A stretch of 64,000 bases of DNA, from IMG/VR virus record IMGVR_UViG_3300043446_004967, positions 1 through 64,000 of that record. One strand, given 5' to 3'. This stretch comes from a virus. Shown here piece after piece: positions 1-10,148 of the stretch (within the stretch, counting starts at the first letter, position 1; every line of letters begins with the position of its first letter). The position numbers were made by a program, and so were the translations under genes. Below the pieces are notes generated by a model that was not told the origin of the DNA, ran no database searches, and saw only the letters and a program-made list of their open reading frames with translations.

Positions 1-741
1 CCCCGCCGGATTTCCACGGCATGGCGTCTCCGAGGTCAATCTCTCCTCCCCATTTCCACGGCATCGCCGTGCCAAGGTCCGCGCCCCCGCCTCCTTCGAA
101 CAGACTGCCGAATATGCCGCCTAACCCGAATTGTTTGTCCGGCACGATGCCTAGTCGTCCGCTTGGCAGACGCGTAACGGGAAAAAGCTTACCGTTGACC
201 GCTTCTATCGCAAGTCTGTTCCCGTCTTTACGTAAGGGCATGATCGCTTCAGGACCGGCTTCGCCTAAAACACCCAATCCGCCTTCCTTCATAGAGAAAG
301 CCGTCGGACGCTCTATGATGCCTTTTCCGCTTTCTTTCAGTGCGCTAATGGCACCTAGGTCAAAGGCTGCGCCCTTAGCGAACCGGCGTATATCCGGCAT
401 TCCTCGGGAAAACGTTGCCCCTTTAGCAAATCCGAAGAAGCTCATGGCGGAGCCGAAAGCCCCGGAAAGCATGTCTATGAGGTCCCCGCCGCCACCTCCA
501 CCCCCGAAAAGGTTGCCGAGCGCGCTAGTAATGCTGCCGAAAATACCGTCGCTGCTAAACAGCTTACCTATCCCGTCGAACAGCCCGTCAAAGATTCCGC
601 CCCCGCCGCTTCCGCCGCCGAACAATCCACCGAGGCTATCGGTCAGCTTGCTAAAGAGGTCCCCGCCGGATTTCCACGGCATGGCGTCTCCGAGGTCAAT
701 CTCTCCTCCCCATTTCCACGGCATCGCCGTGCCAAGGTCCG
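1..741. repeat. Exact 81-bp direct repeat (1-81 = 661-741) inside the tape measure gene
   Basis: Identical sequence at both positions, in frame (660-bp offset); encodes DLGTAMPWKWGGEIDLGDAMPWKSGG. Confidence 0.95.
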
Positions 742-3700
742 TTTCTTTTTGTCCGCCGCCAAGGAAAGATTTGAACAAATCAAAAATACCCGAGAGGGGG
801 CCGCCCTGACCTCCTGCCGCACTTCCGGACGCGGCGGCTACGATCAGGCTTTGTCCGCCGCCCGCAACGATGTCAAGCAGTCCGGAAAAGAGACTGTTTA
901 GCCCGCCTGTTAAGCGGGAAAAGAGTCCTTTTACTTTAGCGAACAGTCCGCCCTCGGTCCCGGTCAATAGTGAAATAAGCGCTTTTTGCAGTCCGCCGAC
1001 TGTCCCGCTAATCCCCTTCTTTAAGCTCCCAAAGAGAGACGTTACCGTGGCAAATAGCCCAGAGCCTTCCTCCATCTGCGCGGCTGCTTGCGGGGACGGA
1101 GCTTCCGTCTTCCACGGAAGCGGGTCCCCCGGAATCTCCTTAAAGAAGGATTCTGCAAACGCTTGCCCGTCCTCCAACGATTTTTGAGGGGAAGCTAGCT
1201 CCTTAAGGACGCCTGAACAGGGGCCTTCGCACGAAGAAGATAGCGCGCCGGCCTGTTTATACGCCTCTTGGCCCACCGGCGGAGGCGGCGCTTCTTTTTC
1301 CGGGGCGCCGAAGATGGCCTGCCCGATTTTTGTAAAAAATGACATGGGAGAGTCGGAAAGGCCGTCCGCGCCTCCGCCCTTTCCGTCTTTACCTCCTGCC
1401 GCCTTATCCACCCCTCCTAACAGACTTGCCGTCAGGTCGCTGAAGGCCGTAGTGAACGACTGTTTCAGCACAATTTTGTACATGTCCTTAGAGAACTGTG
1501 CGTAAAAATTATGCCAGTTAAAGTCTTGTTCTGTAAAGAAGTCGGCGAAAGCGTCGGACAGACTCGAAATAGACTTGGACGCTAACTCTTGCCCCACGGC
1601 AAAGTTTCGCTCACTATTCCTAGTCTGTTCGCGTTGCAGAGTCGATAAGGCTCCGCCTAGCGCGCTATTTCTTGCCCGCGCGGTATCTTCAATCTTGGTC
1701 AGCTCCTCGTCCAAGGCTTCCATGTACCGGCGGTGAGTCTGCGCAACAGAATCCGCGTAGCGTTCTTCCGCCTCCCGCCTTGCGTCAATAGCGGCGACCT
1801 GCGCGTTTACGGAATCCGTGAGCGCTTTTATCTCTTGCTCGTTGGTATCTGACACTGTGTCCCGTATAGCCTCGTAGGCCCGCTCCGCCTCCTTCTTAGC
1901 CTCTATAGCGTCGTCAAAAATCTTGTCTAACTCCTTCTGTCTACGCGCGGCGATCTTTTCTTGTAAAGTCCCGTCCCCCAATTGGAGCGCGGTATATTTC
2001 GCATCAGCCTCGGCGCGCAGGGACGTATCTGTATAATCACGCAGCGCGTAGCCGTGCGCCCGCTCCGCCTCTTGGCTGCGCTGGACCGCCTCGTCTAGCT
2101 GTGCCTGTCGCCCTTGCTCTATGGCGGCTGTCCCTTGGTCCAACATCTGCTTAGCGATATCGGGAGGAAGCATAATTTTCGGATTGGTAAGTGCTTCTTC
2201 TAACTGTTGCCGCAGGTCGGCTGTTTTGTTTTCCGCGCGTAAGTCGATCTCCCGTTTCGCTGCTTCCAACTGCCCTTTAAAATCGTCCGGGTTGCGCTCC
2301 GCCGCTGCTTTCTGTATTTCAACAAGGGAAAGTGCGGAGTCCCTTTGTATCTTAGAGACCTCCCTTGCCCTCTGTATTTCTTCCTTGCTGAAGGTTTTCG
2401 ATAGCTTCGCTTCCTCCGCCCGCGCAATTTGTTCTTCTTTATTCACATAGGGCGTCGCTAAGCTTGCGAACCTGTCAAAAAGTGTTTTGACATCGGGATT
2501 GGCGCTATACTGCCCCATCGTATTAAGCGGGCTGAAATACCCCCACTCTGCGGGGTGTCCACGCGTCTGAGCGTCGGTTACAGCATCGGGCGAGGTGCGG
2601 TTCAGTAAGAATCTGTCACGCTCCACATAGTATCTTTCCCCATGCTCTGCCTGAGTGAGCAGTTGTCCCTTAAACTCCCCCTCCTGCGGGATAAACGGCT
2701 GGCGGAAAAGGGCATTACGCTCGTTAATCTGCGCCTCCCCTACGGGCAGTCGGCCGGCTAAGGCAGGGTTGGCTTCCGTTACCCCTTTAAAAACCACCGT
2801 GTCTATATTTTGCAGTTCCCGATAGTATTTTCCCTCAAGGTCTATTTTTTGCGCTTCGAGTTGTGCGAGGGGTGTATTCGGGAGACGGGCGGCGCTTAAT
2901 CTGTTTGCCTGACTAGTGGCGATGGTGTTTAGTTCTGGGACAGGACGCTCGATAAGCGGGGTCGTGCCCCCCGGGGCCGCACTCCCTAGAACTTCCTTTA
3001 CTTTTTGGTTAAACAGTTGAGTGGTTACGGCTTCCGGAGTCTTTTCTACGGAAATATTTTTTTGTGCTAAATCTTGCGCGACTGCGTCGAAAACCTTGCT
3101 GTACTGTTCCACGAAAGCATTTGCCAGAGAGGACACGGCGAGCCTGTCGCGCGAGACCATCGCAAGCTCCGGCACTTCTTGGACGGAAACCGGGCCGTAA
3201 GTCTCTAGCGCCTGTACCGTGGGTTGGCGTTTTGCGACGCTGAGGATGGTCTCATAGGCAGACGCGCTAACCCCACGAGCGGCGCTCAGCTGCTGGATAA
3301 TCCACTTAAAGTTGTTAACGGATTCCTTGTGCAGAACCTGACCAGAAGTCGGGTCCACGCTATCCCCTAGGCTCAGTCGCGGCACATACGCCGGAAGTTT
3401 CGCGGCGGCTTGCAGGTTGGCTTGTTCTTTTTTTGTGAACTCGCGGTACTCGGACTTTTGTAGCACCTCGTCCGACCTAAATGCGTCTATTCCAGTGAAG
3501 TCTGCCAGCCCATTCCCTATCGCCCTAACGGCTCCGCCCAGTGCGTTTAATTGTGACTCAAAGGGGCCCTTCCTATCCTTCGGAATTTCTACGCGCTGGA
3601 TAGGAGTATATTCTAGCGGAGGCGGAAGGTCTGCCTGAGCCGCAGGGGGCAGGGCTTTAGCGTAAGTCTCATATATGGCCTTACCTTCGGCTGTAGTCTT

Positions 3701-5959
3701 TTCCCCCAGCCGGTTTATGAGCGCTATCAGATCGTCAATCTTCTGCTGTTGCGTATTTACGTCGACGATGGCGGAAGTCTTGCCTTGTCGGTATACGTCC
3801 AGCTCCTTGGCCGCGTTTTGCGTCAGAAGGTTTACGGCGAACTCTTTGCGCCATTGAACGGGGTCAGGGGTATTCTTAGGGGGTTGCGCCTCTGTGGCGG
3901 CATGAAGCAGGGAGTCGCGTACCGCCTTCGGGACGGCCTCCACGATGAGGCCTGCAAGCTCCTTTCCCGCCGCTTCTGCTTCCGGCGTATATTTATCCGG
4001 CGACTCTGTGGCGTACAGCCTTCCACTGAGGTCAGGATACTTTTGGTTTATAAAGCTCCCCAAAAGTGTCTCGTATTTAGTGTTCCCGTCCCTTGCCGTT
4101 TGTAAATGTTTTTCTAAGAGACGCTTAACGTCCTCCTCCCTCAGCGGATCGTTAAGGGCAGACGTGCCGCTAGACACCTCATAGGTGTCTGCCCCTAACG
4201 ATCCGCCGCGTTTTACCCCCCCGACTAAGGGAGGCAGAGCGTCCCCCGCAAAGCGGCCCCGTGCGCTATTGTCTGCCGCTCGTATATCAAGGAAATCGTC
4301 CTTTACCAGCGCGCCCGCGAGGGGTAAAAGCTTCTCCAAGTTCTCTTGCCTGCCCGACGGAGCGATGAGCGTCTGCTTATATCTGGCTAATTCATCTTTT
4401 AGCTGCTTGAGTTCTTCGAGCCTTGCCGCGTGGTCGTTCATAAGCCCTTGGGCGCGTTCGTCTGGGGCGGCCTGTTCGCGCAGTGCTATGGAGTTTTCTA
4501 TGCTTTCGGATGTGGGGACATCGCTAAATGTAGGGATGGCGGCCTTGTGAGCTTTTGCGTAGTCCTCTAAACTTTGCCGGCTTTTCTCGGAGAGTCCCCC
4601 AATGTTTGCCATGTGGAAGGCGACGGAGGCTAACGCCCCGACTAGCGAGGCGATAATGCCGCGCAGGATTATCCATTTTGCTGCCCCTCCGAGCAGGTTG
4701 CCAAGGAGACCTACAGTGCGGGCTAGGTTGGGGGTAAGCTTATTTAACTTATCCCACATAAACCCTAGCGCACTTCCTGCTTGTTTGACGGTTCCGACAA
4801 AGCCTGCCCCCGCTTTGGTGAGGCCGATAAATACGGCGATGGCGATGCCCCCCATCACCGCAAAATTTTTGGCAAAGTCGGGGGCGTCTCTCCATCCGCT
4901 TGTAAACTCCCGCACGCCTTCCGCAGCGGAAACTAGTTTAGGGGCAAGTGTTTTGCCTAGCTCGATGCCTAAGTCGGAGACCGCGTTACGCGCCAGCTTT
5001 AGAGATCCGTCCAGCGTGGTCAGCTGCGCGCCGGCCTGCTCGAACGCGGAGTTCGTCCCTGTTATCTGTTCTTCCATCGCGGCCCATTTGTCTATCAGGC
5101 GCGGCAGCCCGTCCTTCCCTAATACCTGTACCTTTGTAATAGTGGAATCCAAAAGGGCGCGGGCGCCCGCAAGCCCGTCTACCCCGAACATCGACACGAG
5201 CACGCTGTTTGACGGGTTCTTCTGGGCTAGCTCTTGCAGGACATCTTTCGGGTTACGCGGCTTGCCCTTTTCCTGAAGATTGATGCCGTAGGCTTTGTAG
5301 TATGCCGTAGCTTGCAGGGAAGGGGCTTGTAGCCCCGTAAGAATATTTCGGAGCGACGTTCCCGCTTGTTCCCCTCTTAGGCCCACGTTGTACAGAGTCG
5401 ATAAGGCCGCCGTGGTTTCCTCGATAGACAGTCCTGATGACGCCGCGACGGGGCCCACTTGACGGAAAGAGAAGGCTAGTTTTTGCAAACTAGCCTGCGA
5501 CCGGGCAATGGACGCGGCAAAGACGTTAGAGATCCTCGTTGTCTCCGACGCCTTCTCCCCATAAGCGCTGAGCGTCGAGGCAAGCAAGTCGGAAGACGCT
5601 CCGGCGCTTTGCTGCGTGGCCTGCGCTAGTAAGAGCGTACCGGTAAGCGCCTCTAAACTTTCCTTAGTGCTGTACCCCGCTGACGAAAGGTAGTACAACG
5701 CTTGCGCATTTTCCGTCGCAGTGGATGTGGTCACTAGCGCAAAGTCGCGGGAAGCTTTCTCCATTGCCGCAAATTCAGCGCGGGTACTTCCCGCCGCCGC
5801 AGCGGTCAACGTTAGCGCCTTTTCCATACCCCGGAAAGCGTTTACAGCTCCGCCTAGCCCAGTAGCTGCCGCCGTCATGGTTACAAAACTTTGCGCGGCG
5901 TTTTGTAGGTGTTGGGCTAACCGGCCGAACTGTGCCGTTGCGCCTTCTCTTGTAGCCAT
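1..5959 (-). CDS. Tail tape measure protein (3' end beyond window)
   Basis: Missing from the ORF track, consistent with no in-frame stop before position 1. ATG at 5959 gives MATREGATAQFGRLAQ...; TP901-type core (AQALYYLSSAGYS, VGPVAASSGLSIEETTAALSTLYNVGLRGEQAGTSLRNIL); lambda-type C-terminal motifs (SLSDAFADFF, GEAGPEAIMPL); follows the tail chaperones. Confidence 0.93.
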   Translation of the reverse strand, partial: MATREGATAQFGRLAQHLQNAAQSFVTMTAAATGLGGAVNAFRGMEKALTLTAAAAGSTRAEFAAMEKASRDFALVTTSTATENAQALYYLSSAGYSTKESLEALTGTLLLAQATQQSAGASSDLLASTLSAYGEKASETTRISNVFAASIARSQASLQKLAFSFRQVGPVAASSGLSIEETTAALSTLYNVGLRGEQAGTSLRNILTGLQAPSLQATAYYKAYGINLQEKGKPRNPKDVLQELAQKNPSNSVLVSMFGVDGLAGARALLDSTITKVQVLGKDGLPRLIDKWAAMEEQITGTNSAFEQAGAQLTTLDGSLKLARNAVSDLGIELGKTLAPKLVSAAEGVREFTSGWRDAPDFAKNFAVMGGIAIAVFIGLTKAGAGFVGTVKQAGSALGFMWDKLNKLTPNLARTVGLLGNLLGGAAKWIILRGIIASLVGALASVAFHMANIGGLSEKSRQSLEDYAKAHKAAIPTFSDVPTSESIENSIALREQAAPDERAQGLMNDHAARLEELKQLKDELARYKQTLIAPSGRQENLEKLLPLAGALVKDDFLDIRAADNSARGRFAGDALPPLVGGVKRGGSLGADTYEVSSGTSALNDPLREEDVKRLLEKHLQTARDGNTKYETLLGSFINQKYPDLSGRLYATESPDKYTPEAEAAGKELAGLIVEAVPKAVRDSLLHAATEAQPPKNTPDPVQWRKEFAVNLLTQNAAKELDVYRQGKTSAIVDVNTQQQKIDDLIALINRLGEKTTAEGKAIYETYAKALPPAAQADLPPPLEYTPIQRVEIPKDRKGPFESQLNALGGAVRAIGNGLADFTGIDAFRSDEVLQKSEYREFTKKEQANLQAAAKLPAYVPRLSLGDSVDPTSGQVLHKESVNNFKWIIQQLSAARGVSASAYETILSVAKRQPTVQALETYGPVSVQEVPELAMVSRDRLAVSSLANAFVEQYSKVFDAVAQDLAQKNISVEKTPEAVTTQLFNQKVKEVLGSAAPGGTTPLIERPVPELNTIATSQANRLSAARLPNTPLAQLEAQKIDLEGKYYRELQNIDTVVFKGVTEANPALAGRLPVGEAQINERNALFRQPFIPQEGEFKGQLLTQAEHGERYYVERDRFLLNRTSPDAVTDAQTRGHPAEWGYFSPLNTMGQYSANPDVKTLFDRFASLATPYVNKEEQIARAEEAKLSKTFSKEEIQRAREVSKIQRDSALSLVEIQKAAAERNPDDFKGQLEAAKREIDLRAENKTADLRQQLEEALTNPKIMLPPDIAKQMLDQGTAAIEQGRQAQLDEAVQRSQEAERAHGYALRDYTDTSLRAEADAKYTALQLGDGTLQEKIAARRQKELDKIFDDAIEAKKEAERAYEAIRDTVSDTNEQEIKALTDSVNAQVAAIDARREAEERYADSVAQTHRRYMEALDEELTKIEDTARARNSALGGALSTLQREQTRNSERNFAVGQELASKSISSLSDAFADFFTEQDFNWHNFYAQFSKDMYKIVLKQSFTTAFSDLTASLLGGVDKAAGGKDGKGGGADGLSDSPMSFFTKIGQAIFGAPEKEAPPPPVGQEAYKQAGALSSSCEGPCSGVLKELASPQKSLEDGQAFAESFFKEIPGDPLPWKTEAPSPQAAAQMEEGSGLFATVTSLFGSLKKGISGTVGGLQKALISLLTGTEGGLFAKVKGLFSRLTGGLNSLFSGLLDIVAGGGQSLIVAAASGSAAGGQGGPLSGIFDLFKSFLGGGQKETDLGTAMPWKWGGEIDLGDAMPWKSGGDLFSKLTDSLGGLFGGGSGGGGIFDGLFDGIGKLFSSDGIFGSITSALGNLFGGGGGGGDLIDMLSGAFGSAMSFFGFAKGATFSRGMPDIRRFAKGAAFDLGAISALKESGKGIIERPTAFSMKEGGLGVLGEAGPEAIMPLRKDGNRLAIEAVNGKLFPVTRLPSGRLGIVPDKQFGLGGIFGSLFEGGGGADLGTAMPWKWGGEIDLGDAMPWKSGG

Positions 5960-5991
5960 GGCCGGCCCTCTTTACTTATCGTTACTTTGGG

Positions 5992-6390
5992 TCATTTCCC
6001 CGAGCGTACTCTTGCGGAAGCCCCGCGCTCCTTGGCCTTCCGCCGTGCTTCCTCCGCCTGCTGTACCCGGAGGTGACAGGTGTCCGCCGTCGTTTTCACT
6101 AACGACATTAAGTGCGGAAACGCCGCGCACTGGTCGTTCATCCCTCCCCCGTAAGGAAGAAAGCCGTTCTTGTAATGTGAGTAGGCCCCTAGCACACGAC
6201 CGAACAACTCCGGGTTTTCAAGGATGGGCCGCCGAGGGCAACGGCTTTGCGGCGTCCCGTCCAGATCTGACCAGTAAGGGAACAGCGCGTCCTTGTCGCA
6301 CCCCCGGTCCGATTTTTGAACGGGGGTGCAGGTCGCACAGTTGTAGGTAGGGAACTCAATGAGGGCTATTAAGCCCCCTCTGAGTTTTTT
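5992..6390 (-). CDS. Tail assembly chaperone, frameshifted C-terminal part (gpGT-like)
   Basis: The -1 frame after A AAA AAC (6390-6384) reads open: LRGGLIALIEFPTYNCATCTPVQKSDRGCDKD...RCPRRP...YKNGFLPYGGGMNDQ to the stop at 5992; directly upstream of the tape measure. Confidence 0.8.
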   Translation of the reverse strand, partial: KKLRGGLIALIEFPTYNCATCTPVQKSDRGCDKDALFPYWSDLDGTPQSRCPRRPILENPELFGRVLGAYSHYKNGFLPYGGGMNDQCAAFPHLMSLVKTTADTCHLRVQQAEEARRKAKERGASARVRSGK

Positions 6391-6785
6391 GCGGTCGGCT
6401 CGTCTAAATCGTTAGCCTTAATCAAGGCTTCGCCTAACTCGGCGATAAGCCACAGAGGCAGACGGTTTAGCGAAGCCTCGCTAAGCACTTTTCCTTTTCC
6501 GACCTTTGCGTCTTCGGTAACGCACGGGATGTCTTTTCCTTGCTCATCTTTAAAATTGCGCCAGTCTTTTACACCGGCCCTTACTGCGTCCAAGTACACT
6601 TTATTCTTCAATGTGTAGATGGAGGCGTCTCCGGTTCCGACCCCGCGATACACATGCAGCCCGTCAGCCGCGACGGCGCGTTGCTCCGCCGTCAATGCGC
6701 CTAAGGTGAAGGGTGTCTCCTTCCCTACGTCTTTCACGGAGTAGAACGTAAAAGTTTCCGCCAAACTTAAACCGAGGATAGCCAT
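6369..6785 (-). CDS. Tail assembly chaperone (gpG-like)
   Basis: 138 aa between tail tube and tape measure; ends ...AKNSEGA over a slippery heptamer. Confidence 0.82.
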   Translation of the reverse strand: MAILGLSLAETFTFYSVKDVGKETPFTLGALTAEQRAVAADGLHVYRGVGTGDASIYTLKNKVYLDAVRAGVKDWRNFKDEQGKDIPCVTEDAKVGKGKVLSEASLNRLPLWLIAELGEALIKANDLDEPTAKNSEGA

Positions 6786-6907
6786 TGTTAAGCCTTCTTA
6801 TTTAATGGTCGTGGGTATGCCTTTCGCCTCGGGGCCACCTCATGGCGAGAAAGTAATTCTACTATACACTTCTGGTACGTTATGTCATGTATAAACGTAT
6901 AAAAATG

Positions 6908-6933
6908 GAAAGGCCGCACACAGGCGGCCTTTC
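6908..6933 (-). terminator. Rho-independent terminator after the tail tube gene
   Basis: GAAAGGCCGC/GCGGCCTTTC stem followed by a T-rich tract on the minus strand. Confidence 0.7.
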
Positions 6934-6958
6934 TTAGCGGTACGCGACTAGTCCTAGC

Positions 6959-8632
6959 TTACCCAAAGATGATGCGTAGCTCATCGTTACCGTTAGCCGT
7001 CGTAGTCACTGCCGCTAGATTTACCGTGTAGGCCCTTAGCCCGTCCCGGTCCGCGTAGGATATGTCGCTGATCTGAAGGTTGTCCGACTGGAACCGGACA
7101 ATATTCCCCATAAGCGTGCCTACTCTGATGTGGAAGGAAAACAGCGACCCTAGCGTCATGTATTCCCAGAGTGCAAATTTGGCCTCCGGCATGGCCTCCG
7201 GGTCAATGGTAATCTTCGGGGACCGGTCTGTTATACGGAACCCTGCGTAAGCGTCCGCGCGGTTTAAACAAGTACGCGGCGTTACCGTATTACTGCAATC
7301 CACGGTAAACGAGTTTAGGCAGAAATCGTCCGTCCCCCCCAAAGAGGCTTGCGCCAGCTCCGTCTGTACCGGTACGCTTTTCTCGAAAACGGCGGTCGTC
7401 GGTAACGCCGCGTCTACCGGAGCGATGTAGTTGCCCGAAAACGTAAAGTTTGCCTGAGTGAACGCCCCGCCCTGCCCCGTAAAGGAGACGGTCCCCGCGC
7501 ATCCCGTGATTTTGTGCAGCACTTGTTCATAATAACAGTAAATAGTGCAGGTCTCTAGGTTGTCCGACACCGGCGTGTAGTGCATGCCGTACTCGGAGAT
7601 GGTTATGTCCCAAGCGTCGCCTACGTTTAAGCTGCCCGTCCATGTGCTCATGGCGAGCGTGGCTCCCCCCGATCCGACCAAGGGGATTGTGGTATTGCCC
7701 GTGCTTGCCGTGGTGATTGCGGAAGAAGTGTACGATTGAGACGTGGGCGACGCCACGGTAAACGCCGGCAAGGTCGTCGCCGTGGCTACCAACCCGTAGT
7801 AGGAAGCCGCGCCGCCTACGGCGTTTATCATGTTAATTATACCTTGCGCCACAAGACTTGCGGTCGTGTCCGTGGTTTTCACAGTGTAGGGGAACCGTTT
7901 TCCGCAATAAATAAGCGTCAGAATGTCGCCTGCCGTGACCGTCCCCGCTACGGTGTAGGTCACGGAGGAGCGATCGGTACTGGCCCCCGGGGCCGTCACG
8001 TTTAAGCGCGTGTTCGACTGTACGCCGTTAGCCCCGCCCGTCGCGGTGCGCTCCAAGGCAAGAAAGGACGTACTGATATCGTCGGAAGGCAGGCACGTAT
8101 CGTCCCCGAAGGCCGGCGTCCCTGTAACGCGCACTTTTGCCGTACCCGGAGCGCCTCCGTTAATGACCGTCAGCCTGTATTTCCCCGTTCGGCGGTTGGT
8201 TCCGCCTTTCGTCCAAGTGATCGTCCCCGCAGGCGTACTGAGCGCGTTGGGCCCCGAAGCGAACGCGGGAGACACGACTATGCCGGAGGATGCGCCGTTA
8301 GGCACGCCGGTTCGCGCGTATCCGCAGGCGCGCAAAAGGGGGTCTAGCGCCGGAGCTACCGCACGGTCCCCCGACGCTTTAAGGTCTGCGGAAAAGGTAA
8401 TGGACGTTCTTTTCCGCCCGACAGAGGAGGCCACGGGGGACAGCGATAGGCGCGAAAAGGTTCGCTGTAGCAGGTCTACTTCCGGCTTAACCTCCGGAAC
8501 CCCCACAAGGATTGCGTCAGTCAGCGGGGAGGGTAACGCGTCCCCGCCCGCCGCCATCGTAGCGGCGTCTTCTATTTTAGCCAACAGCAACGCGCGGTTA
8601 CTGAGCTGAGGGGTCTGTAAGACTAGAGTCAT
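6959..8632 (-). CDS. Major tail tube protein with a large internal beta-rich insertion
   Basis: N-terminal LLAKIE...DAILV...PLLRACG and C-terminal YTPVS...HKITGCAGTVSF...ITDRSP...Y.DRDG match phage tail tube proteins; a ~240-aa Thr/Gly/Ala-rich insert lies between. Confidence 0.8.
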   Translation of the reverse strand: MTLVLQTPQLSNRALLLAKIEDAATMAAGGDALPSPLTDAILVGVPEVKPEVDLLQRTFSRLSLSPVASSVGRKRTSITFSADLKASGDRAVAPALDPLLRACGYARTGVPNGASSGIVVSPAFASGPNALSTPAGTITWTKGGTNRRTGKYRLTVINGGAPGTAKVRVTGTPAFGDDTCLPSDDISTSFLALERTATGGANGVQSNTRLNVTAPGASTDRSSVTYTVAGTVTAGDILTLIYCGKRFPYTVKTTDTTASLVAQGIINMINAVGGAASYYGLVATATTLPAFTVASPTSQSYTSSAITTASTGNTTIPLVGSGGATLAMSTWTGSLNVGDAWDITISEYGMHYTPVSDNLETCTIYCYYEQVLHKITGCAGTVSFTGQGGAFTQANFTFSGNYIAPVDAALPTTAVFEKSVPVQTELAQASLGGTDDFCLNSFTVDCSNTVTPRTCLNRADAYAGFRITDRSPKITIDPEAMPEAKFALWEYMTLGSLFSFHIRVGTLMGNIVRFQSDNLQISDISYADRDGLRAYTVNLAAVTTTANGNDELRIIFG

Positions 8633-8662
8633 GGGGAAATCTCCGGAGAGTGGGGCGGTAGG

Positions 8663-8908
8663 CTAGGACGCGACGGGTCGTTTTATGCCGGTCACGGGGT
8701 CAATTTCGTAGGCCCCGCCCTTATTCTTATAAAACTCCGCGCTTACCCATGCGGCAAGGTTCGGGTCCGCCGGAAGCACAGGGGCGGCAGGCTCCACAGC
8801 GACGGGGGTTTCCGCCGAAGAAGGCGTCGCCGTGGCGGTCTCTTGCGGGGCTTCCGCGTCTTTAACGGAAGTCTTAGGCGTCGCGGGAGTGGAAGTGACG
8901 GCCATCAT
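8663..8908 (-). CDS. Small hypothetical virion-module protein
   Basis: GAAGGAG RBS; Ala/Pro/Thr-rich with C-terminal GGAYEIDPVTG; upstream of tail tube. Confidence 0.6.
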   Translation of the reverse strand: MMAVTSTPATPKTSVKDAEAPQETATATPSSAETPVAVEPAAPVLPADPNLAAWVSAEFYKNKGGAYEIDPVTGIKRPVAS

Positions 8909-8926
8909 AGGTCTCCTTCTGTCACG

Positions 8927-9412
8927 TTAAGGCATCCGGGTGTACGGGTCGTGGGTTACATGCCTGTACTGGAGAGAAAGCACCAGACAACCGCCGGGCC
9001 GATTGTCGTTCCTGTCTACGATACGCGGAACGCTTCCGGCTTCGGAAATAGCGTCCGCTAAAAGAAGTCCGTTACTCTCACTTCTGTACAACAATGTTTT
9101 TTGTACTATTCCAAGATAGTAGTTAAAGTCGTCAAAAACGTCAATACCTATTCTATTTTGGAAACGAAACTCCACAAAGATCGTAAGCCGTTTTCTTACG
9201 CAAGGCCAAGCGTCTTCGATGACGTCTTCCTCGCCCTCCTCCATACCCGCTATAGGGAATTGTGATACGTCAACGATATCTAAGTCTTCTTTGACTACCT
9301 TGTTAAATGCCGATTCTTGCGTAACAGGGTCGCGCGCGTTTTTCAGTTGCTCAAAAAGTGCGTCTAAGATCTGTTGCCTTACCGTGCGTACAGGGCGATT
9401 AGCTGCGGCCAT
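8927..9412 (-). CDS. Putative tail terminator / head-tail joining protein
   Basis: Size, position, and N-terminal RQQILDALFEQL typical of gpU-like proteins. Confidence 0.6.
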   Translation of the reverse strand: MAAANRPVRTVRQQILDALFEQLKNARDPVTQESAFNKVVKEDLDIVDVSQFPIAGMEEGEEDVIEDAWPCVRKRLTIFVEFRFQNRIGIDVFDDFNYYLGIVQKTLLYRSESNGLLLADAISEAGSVPRIVDRNDNRPGGCLVLSLQYRHVTHDPYTRMP

Positions 9413-10148
9413 ACGTGCGCTTCCTCCCTTTCAACGATATTCTGGGGCGGAAGCTTGCGACAATCGGCGCCAGTGAGGAGTCCAGCACTTTATACGTCTT
9501 TCCTTTTGAGTCGATCAGCTCCATTAAGTCTAAATTGGTCAGTTCGTGCGCGAAAATCGCCGCCCACGCCGCCATAAGCTCGGGCAGCTTCTCCCTATGA
9601 GTATCCCGGAGGCGTAATCTGGGGAAAAACGTGGCGTATTTGATAAAGACATACAGGAGCACCAGTTTCCCGTTCGCCCCCTTGTAGGCGAGGTAACTCT
9701 GCCCGGTCTTTCTGCTCGTATAGGTAAAGGTTCCGAACCGTTTCCAGCTGCGCGGGCCTTTTAGCTTTGGCGTTCCGTCAGGGCGCAGCGCAGCGGATAG
9801 GGGAAGCGTCAGTACCTTAGCCTGTCTCGGCACTACTTGTCCGCCGTATTCGTGTAACCAAGCATAGTACACCCCGGCATACCTGCCTTCGAGTGAGGCT
9901 AAGCTTGTGCCTACAGCGCGTGAGCTTTTAAGCAGAGAGCTTATCAGCCGACTTTGCTCTCCCGAACCGCCAACGTTGTCCGCTACGTCAAGGATTACGT
10001 CTCGCATAAACGCCAGCATGGCGGCGCGCATCGGAGGGGCTACGCGCCTCTCGAACAGCCCTAGTTTTCCCCTGACCATCGGGGCGAGAGCGGACCGCGC
10101 GGACGAGGGGACTTTGAAGGAAAAGAGAAGGCGAGAAGCGCTACCCAT
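9399..10148 (-). CDS. Putative tail completion / neck protein
   Basis: YAWLHEYGG and KVLTLPL motifs; between adaptor and terminator. Confidence 0.6.
   Translation of the reverse strand: MGSASRLLFSFKVPSSARSALAPMVRGKLGLFERRVAPPMRAAMLAFMRDVILDVADNVGGSGEQSRLISSLLKSSRAVGTSLASLEGRYAGVYYAWLHEYGGQVVPRQAKVLTLPLSAALRPDGTPKLKGPRSWKRFGTFTYTSRKTGQSYLAYKGANGKLVLLYVFIKYATFFPRLRLRDTHREKLPELMAAWAAIFAHELTNLDLMELIDSKGKTYKVLDSSLAPIVASFRPRISLKGRKRTYGRS

Noticed and set aside
21-6350. Many plus-strand ORFs in the track (Pro/Ser-rich)
   Set aside because: Antisense shadows of the tape measure and chaperone genes.
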